Source of the DNA: Tubiluchus corallicola
Lineage: Eukaryota; Animalia; Priapulida
Assembly: GCA_030141605.1 (NCBI GenBank)
Contig: JAQGDQ010000658.1
Span: forward strand, 92,967 to 102,907
DNA length: 9,941 nt
Direction of reading: 5' to 3'
The translations under genes were made by a program, and so were the position numbers. Under the pieces are notes generated by a model. The model made no database searches, was not told the DNA's origin, and saw nothing but the letters and a program-made list of their open reading frames with translations. How positions within the stretch are numbered: position 1 is the first letter of the stretch; each line of letters opens with the position of its first letter. Positions 1 through 8,825 of this stretch are shown here, one piece after another.

Positions 1-2
1 TT

Positions 3-806
3 TGTGTTTGGTTGCAGTTCATTATTATTAGTATGATTAGTGGTGCTGCTGGTGGCGCCGCCACATTCCGTTTGCTGATTAAGTGTATTATTCCCTGCTT
101 CTCTATTACCTACTGGTCTATAGCCGTCGTTTGATGCCTTTGCTTTCTGCGTTAAAGGCTGATTCACAGTCACTTTTGCAGCTCTAGAAGTATAGAATGG
201 CTTCATCAGCGTGCCAACTGGCCATAACTCTGCGTTCATAATTTTATCATACTCGTCCGTACCATGACAGCTTATAACAAATGAGGAGTATGTATTAAAT
301 TTTGTCTTAAGTTGTTCCACACTAACTGTAATGTTGCACGATTCATCTACAAAACGCTGAACCTCCGTTGCGTCGGTACTAGGATCTAGACGGGTAATGA
401 ATATTCGTCGTAGAGGTTTGCTCGGTTTTAGGGATACTCCAAGGCCAGTAGCAGATCCTGTGATGACTTTCTTGGATTCTCTATTATTCACATTACGTGG
501 GCGCCGCCATTTTTCCACAATCGTGAATCCGTCATTGTCGTCATCAACAATCTTGTCGCTCGTTTGCTGCTTGCTCACGTTTGTAAGTTCAGTGTTCACT
601 AGGCAGCTTCTGGTTGTTTCAGAGTAACTTTTCTTTTGTGATGAGTCTGTTTTTGAAGACACGGGAGGCACAGCTTTGGACAGATGTGCTTTGGACAGAT
701 CAAGCTCAGCCCTAGAAACTGAGTTTTCTTTCAGTTCTTGGAGTTCCTGCTGAACCGTTTGCAATTTCTTAACAATGACAGATGTATCAACTGATTTCAG
801 CGTCAT

Positions 807-809
<3 letters not shown>
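3..809 (-). CDS. LINE ORF1 protein (CR1/L2-group-like; coiled coil + RRM-like domain), partial, ~269 codons open, not in the ORF track
   Basis: Translation: PMTLKSVDTSVIVKKLQTVQQELQELKENS (coiled coil)...DDNDGFTIVEKWRRPR...KKVITGSA...RRIFITRLDPSTDATEVQRFVDESCNITVSVEQLKTKFNTYSSFVISCHGTDEYDKIMNAELWPVGTLMKPFY (404-192)... The DGFxxV+basic, F(I/V)xRLxP, YSSF and WPxG...F pattern is typical of invertebrate CR1/L2-type ORF1 proteins. The first ATG is at 806-804, but the true start is probably lost. Confidence 0.75.
673..700 (+). repeat. 15-bp-period tandem duplication inside ORF1 (in frame, LSKAH-LSKAV)
   Basis: gctttggacagat occurs at 673-685 and 688-700. Confidence 0.85.
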
Positions 810-810
<1 letters not shown>

Positions 811-858
<48 letters not shown>

Positions 859-1208
859 AAGAGAGAGAGAGAGAAAGGAGAGAGAGAGGGAGAAAGAGAC
901 AGAGTGAGAGAGAGGGAGAGAAAAAGAGAGACAGAGTGTGTGTGTGTGAGAGAGAGAGAGAGAGAAGAGAGGGGAGAGAGAGGGAGAAAGAGATAGAGGG
1001 AGAGAGAGAAAGAGAGAGAGGGAGAGAAAAAGAGAGACAGAGTGTGTGTGTGTGAGAGAGAGAGAAAGAGAGGGAGAAAGAGATAGAGTGAGAGAGAGAG
1101 AGAGAGGGGGGAGAGAGGGAGAAAGAGATAGAGTGAGAGAGAGAGAGAGAAAGAGAGAGCCAGAGAGAGAGAAAGAGAGAGAGAGAGAGAAAGAGAGAGG
1201 GAGAGAGT
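811..1208 (+). repeat. Compound (GA)n polypurine microsatellite with internal higher-order repeats and short (GT)n
   Basis: Pure (GA)n at ~811-853, then variants. The block gggagagaaaaagagagacagagtgtgtgtgtgtgagagagagag occurs at ~914 and ~1020, and gagggagaaagagatagag occurs three times. Confidence 0.97.
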
Positions 1209-3003
1209 GATTTATTTTTCTTTAAAATCTTTATTAATAAAACCTCTATTTGCAGGTACAACATTAGCATAAGTATAAATTTTACAAATTTTCTAATAAA
1301 ATAATAAATTAAAGTGACTCTAAACCCGGTATAAATTACTAATTAAAATTACAAAGATGGCAATAGTACAACCGCTAGTTTGTAACACGTATCATAATAC
1401 TCCTGACATTTGCTGTCTAATGACGTCATCCTTAATTACTTCAATAAATGACCTCAAAGTGTTGCTATCATTTTGCTTTTGAATTAACACAGCAATATTA
1501 GTGGTGTTGATGTTATTCTTAAAAAACATACGCTTTTGTGAGTCTACGAAAGGGCAGTCGAAAAGTAGATGTTCCCAAGTTTGGGGATGACCACATAAAC
1601 AAGAGTTGTCAGGTATGAGTCCTAATCGGAATAAAAAATGTTTAAAAAATCCTTGTCCATGAATAAAACTGGGAGCAATGGATTCCAACTCTCTATTTGT
1701 AGGTGAAATGTTTAAAAATTAAAGGGCTTGAGCTGTGGGATTATGCCAAACCATTCATTTCTGTTTTCTAACAAAGTATAAGTATTGAATTGTCTGTGCC
1801 AAAGAGTTTGCTTGAATTTATCCAGATCAGATTTTGTAACAGAGCAATTAACTATAGAAAGTTCTTCGTTGTTAATTCGCCCTGCATCTCTAGTAGTAGC
1901 TAAAAATTGCCTTAAATCTCTAACATAATATGTTACAAAGTGGTTATATGACAGATAAAAGTTAGTATTAAATATATACAAAAGTTCTTTCTTAACTAGA
2001 TCATCATCACCACTCTGCAATATTTTACTTAGGAATCTTACAGTATGAGCTTTCATTTCGATTTCTAAAGGAGGCAACCCACATAAAATTTCTAACAATA
2101 CCCTGCAAGGTTTAAAGGATGAACCCGTTGCAGTTCTGAGGACATCATAATACAAGTCATCAAATAATGAATATTTTTAGCTAACCAAACAGTGACACTG
2201 TATAGTATAACAGCTAGTACAAATGTTTTAAACAGTTGTATAATAGTTGCCATTCTCATTCCTCTGTATTTAAAACACAGTTGTTTAATTTGTGTCCATT
2301 TGTGCCATGCATTTTTCCTAACTCTATTGGTATAGCAATCAAATTTCAGATTACCATCTATAGTGATACCCAGTACTGTACTATTTTGAACATATTCAAT
2401 TTCATTATCACCAATTTTTAATTTAGGCAAATTATAATTTACTATATTTTGTGCAGACCCCATGACCATAACTTCCGTTTTATTCCTATCACAGTTGACT
2501 TTCAGCCGCCATTTTTTACATCAAAGATGTCACTTATTACAAGAGATTTGCGCAGTATTACGTCACTCGTCAGAGTTTGTTTTAGATACGTAAAATGCGC
2601 CATCGTCTGTGTATTAGAAGATGTCTGCCATTTTATTGGATCTTACATCATTTAGCATTTCTGAGATGAAAATTATGAATAATAGAGGTGAAAGGACAGA
2701 GCCTTGTGGAAGGCCAATATTACTGTTATATTCTTGAGAACAGAATTTACCTACACTGATAGAGAATGGTCGACTCAACAGGTAGTTTTTGATTGTAGCC
2801 AAAAACTTTCCAGCAATTCCTAATTGATAGAGTTTGAAGATTAGGCCTTTGACCCACACACTGTCAAAGGCCTTTTCAAAATCACAAAATACTGCAATGG
2901 CTGGATGTTTCTTTATGAGGTCACTTTGCATTTTACTAATTAGGCGAAACAGATATCGTTCAGTACTGTGTCCTGCGACAAAACCCTCCTGTACAATGTC
3001 CTG
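1209..3003 (-). mobile_element. 5'-truncated non-LTR retrotransposon, copy A (I/R1/Jockey-group-like ORF2, no RNase H visible, 3'UTR with short A-rich tail)
   Basis: RT motifs QEGF..HST, FCDFEKAFDSVW, GLPQGSVLSPLLF, YTDD (2613-2602), WRLKVN..KTEVM and VLGITIDGNLKF. Post-thumb LRTATG...LEILCGLPPL. C-terminal HGQG...C-x-C-x7-H-x4-C finger (1601-1554). Stop at 1392-1394, ~180-nt 3'UTR with AATAAA (1235-1230), then a direct join to (TC)n. Confidence 0.93.
1392..3003 (-). pseudogene. Disrupted ORF2 (reverse transcriptase + CCHC zinc finger) of LINE copy A
   Basis: Track ORFs 2614..3183, 2092..2469, 1712..2155 and 1392..1688 are consecutive pieces of one protein. In-frame stops at 2616-2614 (TAA) and 2565, 2532, 2523 (TGA); frameshifts near ~2160 and ~1715. 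Confidence 0.92.
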
Positions 3004-3180
3004 AGGGAGAGAGAGAGTGAGAGAGAGAGAGGGAGGGAGGGCGAGAGAGACAGAGTGACAGAGAGAGAGGGAGGAAGTGAGGGAGGGAGAGAGAGTGAGA
3101 GACAGAATGAGAGAGATAGGGAGGGAAGGAGAGAGAGACAGAGTGAGAGAGAGAGAGAGAGGGAGGGAGGGAGAGAGAGA
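3004..3180 (+). repeat. Compound (GA)n/(GGGA)n microsatellite between LINE copies A and B
   Basis: Almost pure purine tract with diagnostic interruptions (gacagagtgaca, gaggaagtga, gacagaatga, gatagg). Confidence 0.97.
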
Positions 3181-3784
3181 CATTTACTTATTTAAAATCT
3201 TTATTAATAAAACCTCTATTTGCAGGTACAACATTAGCATAAGTATAAATTTTACAAATTTTCTAATAAAATAAAATAAAGTGACTCTAAACCCGGTATA
3301 AATTACTAATTAAAATTACAAAGATGGCAATAGTACAACCGCTAGTTTAGTAACACGTATCATAATACTCCTGACATTTGCTGTCTAATGATGTCATCCT
3401 TAATTACTTCAATAAATGATCTCAAAGTGTTGCTATCATTTTGCTTTTGAATTAACACAGCAATATTAGTGGTGTTAATGTTATTCTTGTTATTCTTAAA
3501 AAACATACGCTTTTGTGAGTCTACGAAAGGGCAGTCGAAAAGTAGATGTTCACAAGTTTGGGGAAGACCACATAAATAAGAACTGTCGGGTATGGGTCCT
3601 AATCGGAATAAAAAATGCTTAAAAAATCCTTGTCCATGAATAAAACTTGGAGCAATGGATTCCAACTCTCTGTTTGTAGGTGAAATTGGTAGTTTAAAGG
3701 GCTTAAGTTGTTGGATTATGCCAAACCATTCATTTCTGTTTTCTAACAAAGTATAAGTAGTGAATTGTCTGTGCCAAAGAGTTT
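3181..3784 (-). mobile_element. LINE copy B: 3'-terminal ~600 bp of the same family as copy A (C-terminal ORF2 + 3'UTR)
   Basis: Aligns to ~1211-1809 at roughly 95% identity by eye. Encodes TLWHRQF...HGQGFFKHFLFRLG..YLCGLPQTCEHLLFDC...QQMSGVL* (stop at 3360-3362), with a 9-bp in-frame KNN duplication at ~3481-3497. The first Cys of the finger has mutated to Tyr. Confidence 0.93.
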
Positions 3785-3942
3785 CTGTGTCCTGCGACAA
3801 AACCCTCCTGTACAATGTCCTGAGGGAGAGAGAGGGAGGGACGGCGAGAGAGACAGAGTGACAGAGAGAGAGGGAGGAAGTGAGGGAGGGAGAGAGAGTG
3901 AGAGACAGAATGAGAGAGATAGGGATGGAAGGAGAGAGAGAT

Positions 3943-3994
<52 letters not shown>

Positions 3995-4000
3995 AGAGAG
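3785..4000 (+). repeat. Direct repeat of 2966-3180 (38 bp of LINE RT sequence + patterned GA microsatellite) flanking copy B
   Basis: ctgtgtcctgcgacaaaaccctcctgtacaatgtcctg is identical at 2966-3003 and 3785-3822. It is followed by the same series of microsatellite interruptions, with about 3 substitutions plus slippage differences. Confidence 0.9.
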
Positions 4001-4021
4001 GGGAAGAGGGAGAGAGGGGAA

Positions 4022-4076
<55 letters not shown>

Positions 4077-4364
4077 AGAGAGAGAGGGGGAAGAGGGAGG
4101 GAGAGAGAGAGACAGGGTGAGTGAGAGAGAGACAGAGTGACAGAGAGAGAGAGAGAGAGAGGAGGGAGGGAGGGAGGGAGAGAGAGAGATAGAGTGAGTG
4201 AGTGAGAGAGAGAGAGAGACAGAGAGAGAGAGAGACAGAGAGACAGAGTGACAGAGAGAGAGAGGGAGGGAGAGAGAGAGTGAGAGAGATAGAGAGGGGG
4301 GAGGGAGAGAGAGAGAGCGGGAAGAGGGAGGGAGAGAGAGAGAGAGAGAGAGAGAGGAAGGAGA
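3823..4364 (+). repeat. Long compound (GA)n/(GGGA)n polypurine microsatellite
   Basis: ~540 bp almost entirely G/A on the plus strand. Confidence 0.97.
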
Positions 4365-4821
4365 AAAGCTAAACTTGTGGCAAATGAGTTGAAGAAAAGA
4401 GATGCTGAAAAATGTCAGCCAGTCTGCACTTGCAGCAAACAGTTCAGTAACAGTACCTGCATCCAATGATACAAATGGAATCAATTATTCAAACAATCAA
4501 TAATTAACAGCATCCATAAATTAGTTCATGAATGTGGATGCCAGGAATTAATAAACCATTGCAGTTTATTAGTCAACAACTATTAACCTAGAAAGCGATG
4601 GGCTGAAAAATTGTGAAATGAATTTGAAGTTTCCAAAATGTAAGTTAATTCGAATTTAGTGTTAAAAACTTTTTGAATAGTTTTAAAACAGGAATAAAAA
4701 AATCAGTCTTCCAAAGATCATGCACATTACTTGATAAACGGTGATAAAAAAACTGTGATATGTTTTAGTGTTATTATTACCTACACGCACACTTTCCTAG
4801 ACATGACAGTCATTGGCTGTT

Positions 4822-5643
4822 TATTAGATTCACGCTTAATAGACTCAATCGCTTAATTGACTCAAAAACGTCTGGAATGGCCCAGTTCTATCAAAATATA
4901 CATAAAAACTATCGATGAATGACTGAAATAACTCTGCTTAATTGACTCAATATTTTTCCTTCACCTACTTAAATAAGACATTTGTGTGTGCCAAAAGAGC
5001 CTTTCCTACTTTTATGTCATCTGTGCCCAAAGAGCCTTTCCTACTTTTATGTACTTTACTTCCCTTTTATGCACTATATATATGTAGAAACAATTATGTT
5101 AAGTACCGTTTTGTTTGTAAGCAGGTACGTTTATCATGCGCTAATACACTAGCGTAGCGGTTTTGCTTTGAATCTGTTACCCGCTCGCCCACTGTTACCC
5201 AAAGAATTTCTGGAAGCTAAACATTTAATCACTTCCCTAGCGGTTTCCTTTTGATGCTCTCAATGCAAATCACACTTTCAGGCTTAATGAGTTAACAGTC
5301 AAAGATGTAGGTACAGTAATCAGCCAGTATTCCTTGTGACTTACAAGAGTAACCATCATACAGCAAATAAGGGCACCGAGTTAAGAAATTTGAAAAATGG
5401 AGCATAAGCATAAAGATCTAACAGTTAATTCACTTATATAAATTAATATTGTCAAATATTTTTTCTAATTTTTAACATTTTAGGCATTAATTCGTTTCTA
5501 AAATTGATTAAAAGCCTTTGCAATGCATAGTAAGCTGATGACTCTACACCAGTAATACTACATCCATCGGTTAATAGGTTCAGCCGGTTAATTGGGTCAA
5601 AACATGTCGGTCCCAAAGTGAGTCTATTAAGTGGCGACTACTG
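4822..5643. mobile_element. Non-autonomous pogo/Tigger-like (Tc1/mariner superfamily) DNA transposon, degenerate
   Basis: Inverted match cttaatagactca (4835-4847) / tgagtctattaag (5619-5631). The right end finishes in ...CTACTG, the complement of a CAGT terminus. Repeated subterminal motif g(c/g)ttaat(a/t)g..tca at 4834, 4851, 4936, 5569 and 5586. No transposase ORF, and the TA duplication is not preserved. Confidence 0.6.
4987..5052 (+). repeat. 35-bp-period tandem duplication (~1.9 copies)
   Basis: tgtgcc(a/c)aaagagcctttcctacttttatgt occurs at 4987 and 5022. Confidence 0.9.
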
Positions 5644-7610
5644 TGCCTGCATAATAGTCCATGGTAATTGGTTAATGATGTATTTGTTGTGCAGATATAA
5701 TTTTTATTAAAGGAAAACGGTACAATTTTTCATATACTGCCCCATTTTCAAGTACGGTAAAGGGTATTGATTTTAATATCAATCTGATAATTAGATAGTA
5801 GATTAAGATCTTAATTAACGATGGGCGAACCCAACTATTGATGACATCACAAACGAACATAATTTTCAAAAGCATAAACAGTCCATGAGCACTGTAAGAT
5901 ATTCTGTGAGTTGTACTAGGCAAGTTTTCAGATAAAAATTCAAGTTTCAAATTTACTGCTATGCTCACGCATATAGAACGTGTGCAGTATGTCACAAATG
6001 AACACCTCTCAATTGAGCAGTACAGCATCTGTTTTTGTGCAATGCGTTCTGAAATGCAAATGCTAGTGACTGTCTAACTAGTGAATGGTGAAATGTATGT
6101 AAAAGCGAAAAACTAGTGGTGCGAACGCGAATTAATGTGCAGTAATAATTCTTTCACGTAAGTCATTCTTGAAAATATAGTATATTCCCTTTCAATATTT
6201 TATAGAGCTTACTATTTTGACCTACAGTTTACGATTGGATCTGGTTTTCCATTAATTTCATAACAACAATGGTTATGTTGATTTAAAACCTGATTTTGTT
6301 GAATTAAGCGAACTTAAATCTTATGCAAGGTCAACGATGTTACATCACATTTTTCTCCAGAAAAAATACCAAAAAAAGTGAATAAACTTCTGAAAGAATA
6401 CGCAGTCGAGAGTTTAGAAAGTATCTTTCTTCAAATTTTGAAATAAGGTAGGCTAATTAGTTGAATAAATGTATTTAGACTAAGCACAACGGGCATGATA
6501 ATCCTCAGTAGGTGTAACTGTTCACTTTCTTTCTGTAACCACACAAACAGATCCGTAGCTGCTCTCCGAAATAAAGTGTTTCGCAAAATTAGATTGAGCT
6601 TGCTAAGAGCTTTTTTGTGTGAAACCAAATTCGATATTCTATATTAAATACAACTGTTACAAGTACTGTAATGGACTTGGCTGTGTTGAAGAATAAGAAT
6701 GGCTATTTCAACGAACGGGGGAGGGGGAGAGGCAGGTGGGACGAAGACGTGAAGAAGTGGGGTAGTGGCTTTAGCTTCTGATTTTGGTGAGTAGTCCCAG
6801 ACAGATTTTATTTATCAGACCTGCATACTGCAACCCGTAAAAGATGCACCACCACTTAAAATTAGACGAAAAGCACACTAAAAATAATTACTGTCAAACA
6901 AAAGTTATACCGATACCACTGTACTGCCGAACTCGTTTACGGCACGCAAAATAGGCCTGTAAGGATGCATCGATGTATCGTGATGTCTTTTGTTACTACG
7001 TGCATTGCCAAAGTGCATCCATATTGTGATAACCTGAGTCACTGACACTGGCCAGATGTCAGGTGTCGTATAAAGTAATGCGTGTTAACATGCTTTACTG
7101 TATGTAAGCTGTACCATACCTACACCGTACTGTATTGTGATGAGGCAAAGTTTACCACGCCTCGTTATAACTCCTGAAAAAATTTTAACTCCACTAATTA
7201 CACACTTTAACAAAAAAACATTAAAGGCTACCTATATCGAACGAGAAGGACACCTAAAAACAAGTGAGTAAATATGGTAAGCGAGTCATTAGCCTCCTAA
7301 TGGTTTCTTTGTGAGTTGTCAACTTGTTAATTGATTTGATCAGCCATTAAAAAGCAGTATGGCAAATCTTAATTTTCATGGCGCACACGATGGCGCGCCG
7401 TTTTCATAGTAAGCAGCAAAATGCCCTTTTGCTACGACTCTCAAAATTGCGAAACGCCATGCGAAATTTCAAACTGTACTTGTGACCGTAACATTGTAAC
7501 ATAGTTAGTTGTTTATTATGTGTAGTTAATAAAATTATCGTTAAAAATTGCAATGCTGTGATAATAACAACAGCTACGACAACAGCAGCTTCAATATCAA
7601 TATTCAAAAA

Positions 7611-7700
7611 TAATGATGACAGCCATGATGGTAATGACTATGATGATGACGATAATGATAGTTGTAACGATGACGATGATGACAATGTACGTCAATGATA
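7611..7700 (+). repeat. Degenerate (ATG/GAT)n trinucleotide repeat
   Basis: taatgatgacagccatgatggtaatgactatgatgatgacgataatgat...; accounts for the Met-rich ORF 7613..7822. Confidence 0.8.
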
Positions 7701-8482
7701 GTGAGGACAAATATATTTTAGATTTTTACTTTTATTTTGCCATCATCGCGTGTGATGGCGCCCTATTTTCGGGCCCTATCAGCCTGTACTACTGCATGTC
7801 CAAGCTACATTGTTTATTTTAAATGCCTGCGCAAGCCAAATAAACATGTACCGTTTTCATATAGATTCATTTATAGATGTTAACAATTAACTTAAATTGC
7901 ATAGTTGTTTAAAAGATGAACCAGTTTTGTTTTGCATTTGTACACGTATGTATGAGATGCTCTGGCGAATAAACGTATGTACAAGTAACGTATCTGAGTT
8001 TAATGCATGCATGCTTTCCTCTTATTGGTTACTTTAAGAATGCCTAAACAAGCTTGATTCCTACAGGTCATGGAAAAGTGAATTTCTTGATCTGTTTATG
8101 TAGCCAAGATTTATAATGTGAAATCACACAGCTAAAGTCCTGGGGAAAGCGCATGCCTGGGCAAGGTGTATGGAGATCCTGAGTTGCCCAGACAACAGAA
8201 ACCCCCTCTCTTCCTCCCTGGTGTAGTCCAAAGGAAAGCGGAGCGATACATTTGGCACCAGATTGGCTGCAGGAGTCAGTGAGCATGCTCCACTCCTGAT
8301 TTGGAAGGTTTACTCCTCTACACAATTACTCACCGTAAGTACTCACTTGTTTGTAGGTGTCCTTCTCGTTTCATGTAGGTAGCTTTTGATGTTTTTTTTT
8401 CTAAAGCGTGTAATTAGTAGAGTGTAAAAATAGGAACACGTACATGTACAACAAATTTCTTTCCAAAGAACATGAAAAACTC

Positions 8483-8546
<64 letters not shown>

Positions 8547-8551
8547 TAATA

Positions 8552-8614
<63 letters not shown>

Positions 8615-8625
8615 ATAATAATAAT
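8483..8625 (+). repeat. (AAT)n microsatellite interrupted by a ~59-nt poly(A) run; forms the (ATT)n tail of the adjacent SINE
   Basis: (AAT)n at 8483-8553, poly(A) at 8554-8612, (TAA)4 at 8613-8625. Confidence 0.95.
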
Positions 8626-8814
8626 CTTTATTTAAAGTCGGCTTTTGGGTGAACAATTAACATTAGCTCAAAGAGCTATTATCGCCGACTGTAAATAACA
8701 ACCTACAACTACATAACAGAGACTATTATTACCCCACTTTTACCCTAAATACCACGCGCTAGGCAGGGCAACAGCAGGTACTATTTTTAAAGTCTTTGTT
8801 ATGACCCAGCCGCT

Positions 8815-8825
8815 GGTTCGAACTC
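8815..8825 (-). promoter_or_regulatory. RNA polymerase III B box of the SINE head
   Basis: Minus strand GAGTTCGAACC fits the GWTCRANNC consensus. Confidence 0.7.

Larger units (their letters stand above)
1..810 (-). mobile_element. Non-LTR retrotransposon segment carrying ORF1, 5'-truncated at the TC microsatellite; continues off the left edge of the window
   Basis: Manual minus-strand translation from 809 to the window edge has no stop codon. Homology to LINE ORF1 begins abruptly at the microsatellite edge (810/811), and no continuation was found beyond the microsatellite cluster (>4365). Confidence 0.75.

Noticed and set aside
397-627. Plus-strand 76-aa ORF (likewise 2236..2421 and 2449..2655)
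   Set aside because: They are antisense shadows of the LINE ORF1/ORF2 frames.
775-1270. RERE- and SLSL-rich ORFs (also 2968..3195, 3077..3274, 3880..4140 and the N-terminus of 2614..3183)
   Set aside because: These are translations of GA/TC microsatellite, which lacks stop codons.
1810-2966. Segment missing from copy B as a spliced GT-AG intron (minus strand GTACTG...TTCAAG)
   Set aside because: Splicing would give ...ACACA-CAAACT but copy B reads ...ACACA-GAAACT. The donor is weak and there is no polypyrimidine tract.
3360-4484. 374-aa ORF as a real protein
   Set aside because: It is a chance fusion of a TTG-started flank, stop-free (TC)n giving SLSL, 38 bp of out-of-frame RT sequence, and the LINE C-terminus.
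4365-4503. Possible continuation of ORF1 beyond the microsatellite cluster, or a coding remnant
   Set aside because: No minus frame gives convincing ORF1 N-terminal sequence at the junction, and the plus-strand peptides are short and unrecognisable.
4830-5055. CRISPR-like repeat-spacer array
   Set aside because: There are only 2-3 short repeats with irregular spacing in a eukaryotic context, explained by MITE subterminal motifs and a tandem duplication.
5672-6028. 118-aa minus-strand ORF
   Set aside because: It has no recognisable domain, and its composition is typical of random AT-rich DNA.
6228-6628. Coding-looking fragments (…KVNDVTSHFSPEKIPKKVNKLLKEYAVESLESIFLQILK*) and ORF 6431..6628
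   Set aside because: They are short and interrupted with no recognisable motif, and cannot be supported without a homology search.
6716-6763. G-quadruplex candidate
   Set aside because: The G-runs are irregular and widely spaced, with nothing else supporting function.
8414-8656. Poly-F/I and poly-N/K ORFs, plus 9054..9236, 7404..7607 and 7613..7822
   Set aside because: They are products of (AAT)n, poly(A), (TA)n/(CA)n and (GAT)n simple repeats.
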